Source: an uncultured Bacteroidota bacterium (lineage in GTDB: Bacteria > Bacteroidota > Bacteroidia > Bacteroidales > VadinHA17). From it: a DNA stretch of 64,000 nt. The notes beneath the pieces were generated by a model. That model saw only the letters and a list, made by a program, of their open reading frames with translations, was not told the DNA's origin and did not search any database. The stretch is from positions 28,110 to 92,109 of the forward strand of contig CAIMVD010000200.1 in assembly GCA_903844815.1 (NCBI GenBank), read 5' to 3'. Position 1 is the first letter of the stretch. Each line of letters begins with the position of its first letter. Shown piece by piece: positions 53,615-62,394 of this stretch. The translations under genes and the position numbers were made by a program.

Positions 53615-55069
53615 TCATCTCGTGAGAGTTGGGGGGTAAAGCCCTGATTCTGTTACAATTCTCGCGACTATTTCTTCCCATCCCATGGTCATAATATGAA
53701 TACCGTTAACTCCCTTCTTTCTCTTTATTGAATCAATAATTTCAAGTGCTATCTGAATCCCCTCCTCGGAAGCAGATGCCCCTGCCCTGGCAATTCGTTT
53801 CAGGATGCTTTCAGGCAGACTTACACCCGGAACTTTCATATGAAGATATTGAGCCATTTTAAGGCTTTTAAGAGGGGTAATGCCTATGAGAATGTATACT
53901 TTATTAAGTATATCCCTTTTATCAAGTTGTTCAAGCCACATGTCGAGTCTGTCTGGTTCGAAGATCAGATTCGTCTGAAAAAACTGGGCTCCTGCATTTA
54001 CCTTCTTATGGTCCTTAATCGCCTGTAATGCAGGATCGGAAGCAAAAGGAGAAGTTGCTGCTCCAATAAATAACCTGGGAGGATGGTTCATTTTTCTGCC
54101 ATCAAGATATCGGCCCTCATCTCTCATTCTTCTTAATATCCAGAGCATCTGAACCGAATCAATATCAACGAAATTCAAGTCGCCCACAGGAGATGGACCA
54201 ATGCGGGGATTATCTCCTGTTATGCAAAGTACATTGTTAACACCCATTGCATTTAGCCCGACTGCTGCTGACTGAAGACCAGCCCTTGTTGTATTGCTTG
54301 AAGCAATCTGCAAAACAGGCTCTGCGTTAATCCCAACAGCTATATTACAACAGCCGATGCTCGACATCCTCGGTCGGGCCGATGATGAATCAGTAAAATT
54401 AATGGCTGTTACATAAGGCTTAACAGACTCAATGTCACTTATAAGTTTATCAGTGCCGGCACTTAGAGGAGGAGTCACCTCAGTGGCTACAACGAACTCT
54501 CCGCTTCTCAGCCTCCTCTCAAATTCTGATGCCGGTTCAATATATCCTGGAGAATGATAAATTGAATCTCCATTCCACCACTCAGGCTGCCTTATAGTCT
54601 TAAATACCGAATCCCATACAACACTTTTTATTGCTACGTCAGAGGAAAATACTCCACCAATGAATTTACCGGTACCAACCTTTCTGATCTGTCTGACAAC
54701 TTCACCCCATGTCTCAGTACCTACCCTTTCCCAATCAAGAGGAGGTAACACTTCAAGTAATAGTTCTTCTCTCCCCTTTTGAAATGCTCTTTTATAGATT
54801 GCATACCAAATGCATTTCCTTGTTTCATCGACATAACACATTTTATCGGGAGTAACTCCACCGCAAGGACCGTTCCTCATCCCTTTAGGGCATTCCATCG
54901 GGCAGATAAATGCTGTCTCCTGAAGCAGGCAATTTCCGCACATGCGGCAGCCAAAAAGCGGCCCCTTTACAAGAAGCTCTGTCCTGGCTAAAACCCGTCT
55001 TCCGAATCTTTCCCGTTTGAATGGGTAAAATGCAGGTTGCCATCTGCGGGCGGGTTTAATACATGACAT
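53615..55069 (-). CDS. MetV-like Cys-rich domain fused to methylenetetrahydrofolate reductase (MetF)
   Basis: The N-terminal segment FGCRMCGNCLLQETAFICPMECPKGMRNGPCGG matches the MTHFR_C/MetV type. It is followed by an MTHFR-like TIM barrel (FVVATEVTPP...VLCITGDNP). Confidence 0.7.
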   Translation of the reverse strand: MSCIKPARRWQPAFYPFKRERFGRRVLARTELLVKGPLFGCRMCGNCLLQETAFICPMECPKGMRNGPCGGVTPDKMCYVDETRKCIWYAIYKRAFQKGREELLLEVLPPLDWERVGTETWGEVVRQIRKVGTGKFIGGVFSSDVAIKSVVWDSVFKTIRQPEWWNGDSIYHSPGYIEPASEFERRLRSGEFVVATEVTPPLSAGTDKLISDIESVKPYVTAINFTDSSSARPRMSSIGCCNIAVGINAEPVLQIASSNTTRAGLQSAAVGLNAMGVNNVLCITGDNPRIGPSPVGDLNFVDIDSVQMLWILRRMRDEGRYLDGRKMNHPPRLFIGAATSPFASDPALQAIKDHKKVNAGAQFFQTNLIFEPDRLDMWLEQLDKRDILNKVYILIGITPLKSLKMAQYLHMKVPGVSLPESILKRIARAGASASEEGIQIALEIIDSIKRKKGVNGIHIMTMGWEEIVARIVTESGLYPPTLTR

Positions 55070-55102
55070 ACCTGGAAATAAAAGAATTTATCTGAAAACA
55101 AA

Positions 55103-55945
55103 CTAATTACTCTCCGATTGGAAATGTTCCACAAATCTCACAGCATAATCATCGCGTCCGAGAATCAGGTCGGCAGCTCTGACAATTGAAGTAATCTTTT
55201 CAGGGTTTGCTATCGGGCAGGTCAGGCCGTTCAAAATAGCCAGGACCATGAAGGCTGAATTAAGCACTTCACGATTTGGCAATCCGAATGAAATATTGCT
55301 TGCACCCTGTGTAATATTAAGACCAAGTTTATCATGAATCAGTTTTATTGTCGCCAGGGTAACGAGGCAGGCAGAAGGGTCGGCACTAACTGCCATTGCA
55401 AGCGGATCAATAATAACATCTTCCTGCTTAATTCCCGCCATCATAGCTCTTTCCAGAATTTTCTCTGCTATTGCAAACCTTTTGTGAGGATCATGGGTAA
55501 TACCATCATCATCCATGCAAAGACCTATTATTGCAGCGCCATATTCTTTTGCAACAGGGAGGAGAGCATTAAGCGATCGTTCTTCGCCATTTACTGAATT
55601 TATCAGGCACTTACCTCCGGCAACTTTCAAAGCGGCTTCTATGGCTTTAGGATTCGGAGAATCAATACATAGAGGAATATCGAACTGATCCCTTAAAGCA
55701 AGTACGACTTCCGGAAGAAGGCTTACATCGTCAACACCCGGAAAACCAACATTTACATCAAGGATATCGGCCCCCGACCTGATCTGGGCCTCTGCCAGTT
55801 CCAAAAGATAGGTAAAGTCATGCTCCTGTAAAGAGACAACAAGCTTTTTTCTTCTTGTAGGATTTATGCATTCGCCGATTATTACAACCGGACCTCCTGA
55901 ATCTATGTTAACTTCAGCTGTTTTTCCTTTTAGTATTGTGATCAT
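55103..55945 (-). CDS. pterin-binding methyl-THF:corrinoid methyltransferase (AcsE/MeTr, MetH pterin-domain type)
   Basis: IIGECINPT, ADILDVNVG, LCIDSPNPKAIEAALK, LINSVNGEE, AAIIGLCMDDDGI and GASNISFGLP are collinear with what I recall of Moorella MeTr and the MetH folate domain. Confidence 0.8.
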   Translation of the reverse strand: MITILKGKTAEVNIDSGGPVVIIGECINPTRRKKLVVSLQEHDFTYLLELAEAQIRSGADILDVNVGFPGVDDVSLLPEVVLALRDQFDIPLCIDSPNPKAIEAALKVAGGKCLINSVNGEERSLNALLPVAKEYGAAIIGLCMDDDGITHDPHKRFAIAEKILERAMMAGIKQEDVIIDPLAMAVSADPSACLVTLATIKLIHDKLGLNITQGASNISFGLPNREVLNSAFMVLAILNGLTCPIANPEKITSIVRAADLILGRDDYAVRFVEHFQSESN

Positions 55946-55956
55946 TTCAAATGATT

Positions 55957-56625
55957 TTATGATGCAAGCTGTTTCAGGTAATTAACTGCTCCCTGAGGAT
56001 CGGGCGAATAAAAATCGGCACCTATTTTCTGGCAATAATCCATTGTTACGGGTGCTCCCCCGACAAGTATTTTAAGGTCAGAATGTTTTTCCCTAATTGC
56101 CGCAACAGTTTTCTTCATATTCTCCATTGTAGTGGTCAGGAGAGCCGACAAGCCTATTACTGATCCCGGATGCTCATCAATAGCCTTCAGGAATTTTTCG
56201 GTTCCTACATCGACACCAAGATCGATGACTTCCCAGCCTCCACCCTCAATCATCATTGCAACAAGGTTCTTACCTATATCATGAAGATCGCCGGAAACCG
56301 TTCCGATAATAAATTTACCCTTTCTCTTTGTCTCTCCCGACTGAAAAAAAGGTTTGATATGCACCATTGCACTGTTCATTGCCTTGGCTGCCATAAGCAT
56401 CTGGGGGACATAAATCTCTTTTCTGCTGAATTTCCCTCCTACGATGGCCATGGCCGGAATAAGGGCATTTTCGAGGATCTCGTCAGGTTTAATCCCCGAC
56501 TCAAGAGCTTTTCGGGCCAGTTCATCTGCTCCATCCTGGTCCTTCATGTTGGGAGGATAGGGTGATATTTTATTGATCTTTCCGAATTCAACACAAAGTG
56601 CGAGTTTTTCAAGAATGTCGCTCAT
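55957..56625 (-). CDS. corrinoid (B12)-binding protein with N-terminal cap helix bundle
   Basis: DxHxxG motif GDLHDIGKNLV, plus SALLTTT and GGAPV. The start is set to the ATG at 56625 (MSDILEKL). Confidence 0.85.
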   Translation of the reverse strand: MSDILEKLALCVEFGKINKISPYPPNMKDQDGADELARKALESGIKPDEILENALIPAMAIVGGKFSRKEIYVPQMLMAAKAMNSAMVHIKPFFQSGETKRKGKFIIGTVSGDLHDIGKNLVAMMIEGGGWEVIDLGVDVGTEKFLKAIDEHPGSVIGLSALLTTTMENMKKTVAAIREKHSDLKILVGGAPVTMDYCQKIGADFYSPDPQGAVNYLKQLAS

Positions 56626-56669
56626 ATTATTTTTTTTGAAAGTTTTATAAAACAATCCATGATTCATCC

Positions 56670-56677
56670 CAAAGATA
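56670..56677 (-). promoter_or_regulatory. Candidate -7 box TATCTTTG for the corrinoid operon
   Basis: TAnnTTTG match on the minus strand, 45 nt upstream of the ATG. No clear -33 element. Confidence 0.3.
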
Positions 56678-56709
56678 TAATTAAGTAAATAAAATTCATA
56701 TTTCCGACT

Positions 56710-56738
56710 GACGATTTAAATAAAAGATTTAAATCATC
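56710..56738. promoter_or_regulatory. AT-rich palindrome GACGATTTAAAT-N5-ATTTAAATCATC in the divergent promoter region
   Basis: 12-bp arms with one mismatch. It lies 33-61 bp upstream of the candidate -7 box. Confidence 0.3.
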
Positions 56739-56889
56739 TGCTTTGATTAACGTTTTTTAGAACTTCACCTTAAACTATTTAAGGCAAATTGCATATCTTT
56801 AATCTCAAATTTGAAGGTGGAGACCAGCGACCACAATAAAAACGGGGCAGTCCGAAAAGCCATAAGATCAGGTCAAAACTAAAAAAGAT

Positions 56890-57279
56890 ATGTATTGCAG
56901 AAATTGTGGAAACGAAGTATATGAAAAAGCAGTGATGTGTGTGGCCTGCGGCACACCTCCTAAAGCAGGTGATAAATATTGCTATCACTGTAAGTCCGAA
57001 ACTCCTCCAAATGCATCCGTTTGCATGAAATGCGGAGTAAGTTTGAGTCATAACTACCACTATAGCACTGAAGGTGAAGACTGGCTAACTGCTTTACTAC
57101 TCTGCTTTTTCCTTGGGATATTCGGTGTACACCGGTTTTATACAGGCCACACCGGTATTGGAGTGGTTCAGCTCCTAACACTTGGCGGATGTGGTATCTG
57201 GGCTTTAATCGATTTCATTTTAATAATCGTAGGAAGTTACAGAGATGCAAATGGCCGATTACTTGTCAGGAGATTTTAG
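56890..57279 (+). CDS. double zinc-ribbon + TM2-domain membrane protein
   Basis: CRNCGN...CVACG and CYHCK...CMKCG ribbons. TM2 motif [14 protein letters not shown]. Confidence 0.8.
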   Translation: MYCRNCGNEVYEKAVMCVACGTPPKAGDKYCYHCKSETPPNASVCMKCGVSLSHNYHYSTEGEDWLTALLLCFFLGIFGVHRFYTGHTGIGVVQLLTLGGCGIWALIDFILIIVGSYRDANGRLLVRRF

Positions 57280-57589
57280 ACTTTTAAAATATCTGAAGTT
57301 TAGCCTTATTGCCATTTTCCCTTTAATCCTTTGGTTATTACCACCAGAATGGATAAGTGAGCAGCATTCAATTTGCCTTTATAAAAATATCACAGGTCAT
57401 GAGTGCTGGGGCTGCGGAACCACAAGGGCGATAATTTCGGCAATTCATTTTCGCTTCAGTGATGCCATTCTTTTCAACAAGTCAGTAATAATCGTTCTTC
57501 CCGTGTTGGCATTTATCTGGGCAAAAACACTTTTTACGGCTTTTAAAGAAATTATGACTCCCGTTTTGAAAAATCCTGACAGTAAATAA
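57245..57589 (+). CDS. DUF2752-family membrane protein
   Basis: [19 protein letters not shown] motif. It overlaps the TM2 gene by 35 nt, and the start is uncertain. Confidence 0.6.
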   Translation: MQMADYLSGDFRLLKYLKFSLIAIFPLILWLLPPEWISEQHSICLYKNITGHECWGCGTTRAIISAIHFRFSDAILFNKSVIIVLPVLAFIWAKTLFTAFKEIMTPVLKNPDSK

Positions 57590-57615
57590 TAACCAGTAAT
57601 AACAATTATCTCCCC

Positions 57616-59142
57616 ATGAAAAAATCATTAGTTATCCTTTTTTTCCTGATAGTAAACACTGCATTTGCTCAGATGCCTTTAACCGGTATTTTCCAGGGAG
57701 GTTCCGATGTTGGAAATCCTAAAATTAAGGGATCCTCGGTATACAATAAAACTGATCAGAGCTATAATCTTAAAGGCGGTGGATATAATATCTGGTTTGC
57801 GAGGGATGAATTTCATTATCTGCCCAAAAAATTAAAAGGAAACTTCATCCTCACCGCAAATTTTGCATTTGAGGGAAAGGGAACCGAAGCTCACAGGAAA
57901 ACAGGATGGATGATAAGGGAGACACTGGAGGAAACTTCAACCCATGTGTCTGCAACGCTTCACGGTGATGGTCTTACAGTTATGCAATGGAGAGGTGAAA
58001 AAGGCGCAGCTATGCGTGACCCTCAGGATGAGATCTTTGCCCCCGATTCCGGATATAGTGTAATTCAGCTTGAGAGAATTGGCAAAAAAGTTATAATGAG
58101 GGCTGCAAAACAGGGTAAACCCTTCGATGTTATAGGAACACAGGAAATGCAGAATTTGCCCGATGAGATTTTTGCCGGACTATTTGTATGCTCCCACAAT
58201 CCTGATGTAACCGAGCAGGTCAAAGTATGGAACGTGAGAATTGACCAGCCAGTTGCCGATGATTATAATCCCGGAAAATCAGGTTGGGTTGGCTGCAGAA
58301 TGGAAATCATCAATGTTGCTGATGGCAAGAGGAAGGTAATTTATGAAAAGAACGGCAGATTCGAAGCTCCTAACTGGATGCCCGACGGCAAAAGACTTTT
58401 GTTTAACATGGATGGCCTGTTATACAAAATTCCTGTTGGAGGCGGAGAGATTGAAAACATCAGCACAGGAACCGTTAAAAACTGCAATAACGATCATGGC
58501 ATCTCATTCGACGGAAAACTTCTGGCAATAAGCAGTTCGGGAGAAGGAACAATTGGCAAACAGTCTGCTGTATGGGTGCTTCCCCTGACAGGAGGCCAGC
58601 CTAAGCTTATCACTGAAAACACACCTTCTTACTGGCACGGATGGGCTCCCAACAATAAAGAGGTTGTCTATGTAGCAATGAGAAATGGCAAAAAAGTATA
58701 CAACATTTACCGGAATTCAATCGAAGGCAATAAAGAGGAAGCCCTCACCGACATCAAGGATGGAGAACATGTTGACGGATGCGAGTACTCACCCGACGGG
58801 CAATACATCTATTACAATGGCAATCATACAGGAACTATGCAAATATGGAGAATCAAACCGGATGGTTCGGGAAGGGAGCAGCTTACCTTCGACAAGTATA
58901 ATAACTGGTTCCCTCATATATCACCCGACGGAAAATGGATGGTAATAATTTCCTTTCCCCCTGAGATAGAACCCAACAGCCATCCATCCTATAAGAGGGT
59001 AATGCTCAGAATCCTGCCTGTATCGGGCGGTGAGCCAAATACCATCGCTTATCTCTATGGCGGACAGGGTACGATCAACGTGCCATCATGGTCGCCCGAC
59101 AGTAAAAAGATTGCTTTTGTAAGCAATTCCGGGAAAGAATAA
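57616..59142 (+). CDS. secreted TolB-like beta-propeller (PD40 repeats) protein with N-terminal jelly-roll-like domain
   Basis: Repeated W/Y-x-PDG blades (WMPDGKRLLF, YSPDGQYIYY, ISPDGKWMVI, WSPDSKKIAF). Signal peptide present. Confidence 0.65.
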   Translation: MKKSLVILFFLIVNTAFAQMPLTGIFQGGSDVGNPKIKGSSVYNKTDQSYNLKGGGYNIWFARDEFHYLPKKLKGNFILTANFAFEGKGTEAHRKTGWMIRETLEETSTHVSATLHGDGLTVMQWRGEKGAAMRDPQDEIFAPDSGYSVIQLERIGKKVIMRAAKQGKPFDVIGTQEMQNLPDEIFAGLFVCSHNPDVTEQVKVWNVRIDQPVADDYNPGKSGWVGCRMEIINVADGKRKVIYEKNGRFEAPNWMPDGKRLLFNMDGLLYKIPVGGGEIENISTGTVKNCNNDHGISFDGKLLAISSSGEGTIGKQSAVWVLPLTGGQPKLITENTPSYWHGWAPNNKEVVYVAMRNGKKVYNIYRNSIEGNKEEALTDIKDGEHVDGCEYSPDGQYIYYNGNHTGTMQIWRIKPDGSGREQLTFDKYNNWFPHISPDGKWMVIISFPPEIEPNSHPSYKRVMLRILPVSGGEPNTIAYLYGGQGTINVPSWSPDSKKIAFVSNSGKE

Positions 59143-59160
59143 TAAACCTGGCAATTATAA

Positions 59161-59266
59161 GGTCCTCTGTGGAACTCTGTGTCACCTCTGTAGACCTCTG
59201 TGTAACAATTAGTAAAGAAGTTTCACAGAGAGACACGGAGATGCCACAGAGTTACACTGAGACATC
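59161..59266. repeat. Word-periodic inverted repeat, CTCTGTG/CACAGAG type, between convergent gene ends
   Basis: The left arm is ggtcctctgtg gaactctgtg tcacctctgta gacctctgtgtaac. After the loop, the right arm is tttcacagag agacacggag atgccacagag ttacactgagacatc. Confidence 0.8.
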
Positions 59267-59336
59267 TGAAGGAATAGTTTCAGGCTTCCTGACAGATACT
59301 AAATTGTTGATACACAGCAATAATAGCAGTACGTAA

Positions 59337-61233
59337 TCAATTCAGAACATACTTTTTCACAGTGATCTCTCCGAAAACAGGGGTAACGAAAGGTTTACCA
59401 TTCTTAATCCCTGCATTTCCGAATCCTGTGGCCGTTGAGATAAATGCCGTAAAATCGCCCTGATGTGAATTAACAATAAGCTCCTGGCTTACTGCATCAT
59501 ATCTCAATCCAGTCATTCCCTGGATCATTCCGTAGCCCGACATCGCCCTTGCGTACCAGTGACCGCATTCATATTCGTCAAAGGGATTCCTGATTTTACC
59601 ATCGTACCTGTTGCGGCATGCCCTAACGATTTCAAGAGCTTTTTCATTCTCGCCCATGAACATAAGGTGAGAGGCGACCTGGTATTCAATTCCGGTCCAG
59701 ACTTCGTTGCTGTATACGAACGGGAGCGAAAGCATCCCGCCCTTTGGCCAGGTACACAGAAGCAACCCTCCCTCTGAGCCCAGTGCATATGACGGCCGCT
59801 GCATGGAAAGTATTAGCAACAGGACGGATCGGCAGTGCCGATCTGAAGGTCTGATGTCCGTTAGTATCCTGACTATGAAAATATTCCGTTTCCCTCAGGG
59901 TACGTTCGAGTGATGGGAAAAGATGTGGTATTGCCTGAGCATAATTCCAGACATGCTGGCACGAACCAGCACAGCATCCCCATGAATCGCCGCAGCCTTC
60001 CCAGCTCCACAGCCGTCCGTCGGGCTGTCGAAGCACTGTCGGAGATTTGAGTATGGAAAGGTTTGCTGAAATTGCCTCAACAACCTCAGGAGGCAGGGTT
60101 GTATTAAAAAATGAATCCCTGAAGAGCGATGACTTTGCATTCAGATCGTTATAGTTTGTCTTCCAGTATGATGCAACCTCTTCAATACTGCTTAATTTCT
60201 TTGAATACCAGGGTTTATAAAAGGGATCCTTGCATGAACAGGCAGGGTCGGTGCATTCCTCGTCCTTCTTGTTTTTCGGTTCTTCTCCGTATCTGAGGTC
60301 CGAATCGGGAACATACCATGACATCATAAGCCTGATTACCCTTGTCGCGCCGGGTTCAAGAGTAAACGGAACATATAATGAGGCTCCGGGAGCATCCTTT
60401 TCAACGGGATCAGTATTCCTTGATTCGCCTTTCATTATTGTCTCCCATGTTATAGTAAGAGGGTCCCACCATCCTCCCCTGAACCAGCAGTGATCGACAA
60501 CGGTTGACGGCTCGCTTGTGAAAAAGGCGAAATCGCCTTTGGTTTCAGGCTTATCCTTAACGCCATCTTCTGTAAGAATAAACCCGTTTGAGATGGCCCT
60601 GATCCTGTTCTTTCCACCCCGCTGCTGCATAAAATTCCTTGAATTATATGAAAAGACAGCGTCAATCTTTGAGGAGCTTCTGTTTGTAAAAGTATACTCA
60701 ACAGCTCCGACCGGCAGGCTTGAATTATCAGCATCAGTCGGGACAAAGGGGCTCCATCCCGAAAGGGTTACATCGACCGGAATAGCCTCATCATGTAATT
60801 CTATAGTAGCATATGGAAATCGGGCTGTGAATTTTGCATCATTGAAACGAGGAAAACCATAGGTAGTGCTTTCCGACCCATTTGCCGATCCTGGCTTTCC
60901 AAATTTTTTCCAGTCGGGAACCTTTCCTTCGAGTATCCTTGTTCCGTTTTCGACACCTTTTACCGAAAGAGCAGCGAACATGCATGGTTCATTAAAGACG
61001 TCGGGCTTATTGCGCACCGACATATGAGAAATGCTTCCGGTCCCGTCGAGACAAAACATCCCGGCGCCTATTCCTCCGATAGGGAATGCAATACGGTCGA
61101 GGTTTTTCCCTGTATATGAGCCGTTGTAAAGATGCCCTTTTTCATCAGTTCCACTATTTTTAACTGAACATGATGAAGATACAACACAAAGAATAAAACC
61201 AATAACCAATTTATTACAAAGTCGATTATTCAT
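59337..61233 (-). pseudogene. GH116 (GBA2-type beta-glucosidase) remnant: frameshift plus apparent internal deletion
   Basis: The N-terminal ORF (59686-61233) carries a lipobox and GSCQHVWNYAQ...FHAAA. The C-terminal ORF (59337-59819) carries LPFVYSNEVWTGIEY and RNPFDEYECGHWYARAMS in another frame. The two frames meet near 59790. The roughly 200-250 aa that normally separate these motifs are missing. Confidence 0.6.
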
Positions 61234-61298
61234 TTTTTTGATTCTAATTAAAGGACACTAAGAGTCAAATAATTAATAAAAAATTATTTACCCGTTCA

Positions 61299-62195
61299 TT
61301 AACTTCCCTGTATTGTCACAAGCCTTGTACAAAGGTCCTTTAATCCTTCAGGGCTGTCGCCGCCGGGTTGTTCAATGGTGGTCCAGCCTTCATATCCAAT
61401 ATCATCAAGCGCTTTCATTACCTTAGTCCAGTTTACATCACCTTCGAGAAGTTTTACATCAAATCCTGCTCCTCTACCCTGTTTATCGGCGATTTTTTTG
61501 CTGAACTCTTTTATATGGACTTTAGCCAGCCTCCTGCCGAGAATTCTGATCCACTGTTCAGGCCAGCCGTATACGAGTATGTTGCCACAATCGAAATAAA
61601 AACCAACATAAACACTTCTGAACTGATCTACATATGAAGCTGCCTCCATGGGGCTCAAGAGGAAATTGTTCCAGACGTTTTCGAGTGCAATCTTCACTTT
61701 CAGGTCGGTTGCCATTGGAATAACTTTTTTTATCTCCTCCGAGGCCCGTGTCCAGCACTCGCTGTAAGTGACCGTATCCGAAACTATTCCCGGTACAAGC
61801 AATACGGTATCGGCGCCATAAGCTGCCGCATCCTGGAGAGAAACCCTTAGTGAAGCGACGCCCTGTTCCCTGACGGCAGGATCGGGATCTGAGAGAGGAT
61901 ATTTCCAATGGTTTTCACCGCACACGCTGGGGATAATCAAACCCGTTGCATCACGTGCCTTTAAAACTTCAGTCCTGTCGAGATGGCTCATCACCTCAAC
62001 TCCGTCGAATCCGGCAGTCTTTGCAGCCACAAATTTTTCCATTATTGTCTGTCCTGTCTCGATGCATCCCCACATGACACCTTTTTTAAGGTTTCGTGTT
62101 GCAGGGGCTGACAGCTTTGAAAAGTCAGGTAACGATGACACCGAAACTGCGGCCGATGCAAGAAGGGTATTTTTGGCAAATTGTCTTCTGTTCAT
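61299..62195 (-). CDS. xylose-isomerase-like TIM-barrel (sugar phosphate isomerase/epimerase family) protein with twin-arginine signal
   Basis: TAT motif NRRQFAKNTLLASAAV. AP-endonuclease-2/TIM patterns ALENVWNNF and FDCGN. Confidence 0.7.
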   Translation of the reverse strand: MNRRQFAKNTLLASAAVSVSSLPDFSKLSAPATRNLKKGVMWGCIETGQTIMEKFVAAKTAGFDGVEVMSHLDRTEVLKARDATGLIIPSVCGENHWKYPLSDPDPAVREQGVASLRVSLQDAAAYGADTVLLVPGIVSDTVTYSECWTRASEEIKKVIPMATDLKVKIALENVWNNFLLSPMEAASYVDQFRSVYVGFYFDCGNILVYGWPEQWIRILGRRLAKVHIKEFSKKIADKQGRGAGFDVKLLEGDVNWTKVMKALDDIGYEGWTTIEQPGGDSPEGLKDLCTRLVTIQGS

Positions 62196-62279
62196 TTTAC
62201 TATTTTGAATTATGTTTACTGAATATCAATTTGTAGAAATTTCAAGCTGAATCAACTAATTCGTTCTAAAATTAAAATC

Positions 62280-62375
62280 AACTCTGTGTTCTCAGTGACT
62301 TCTTTGTATAACTCTGCAAATGGTTTTAAGAACTTACACAGAGGGACACAGAGGTAACACAGAGGACACAGAGGG
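62280..62375. repeat. Word-periodic repeat, CACAGAG type, weakly complementary arms
   Basis: The left arm is aactctgtg ttctcagtg acttctttgtataactctgcaaa. The right arm is ttaagaacttacacagag ggacacagag gtaacacagag gacacagaggg. It shares the 18-mer ttaagaacttacacagag with 8593-8610. Confidence 0.75.
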
Positions 62376-62394
62376 AAAAATCCTTACCCGTTAA

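Noticed and set aside
56813-56834. gtggagaccagcgaccac resembles the GGAGACC core of the cobalamin-riboswitch B12 box, next to a B12-dependent operon
   Set aside because: It is on the strand of the TM2 gene, not the corrinoid operon. The other conserved cobalamin-riboswitch blocks are not visible nearby, so this is only a partial 7-nt match. A covariance-model scan would settle it.
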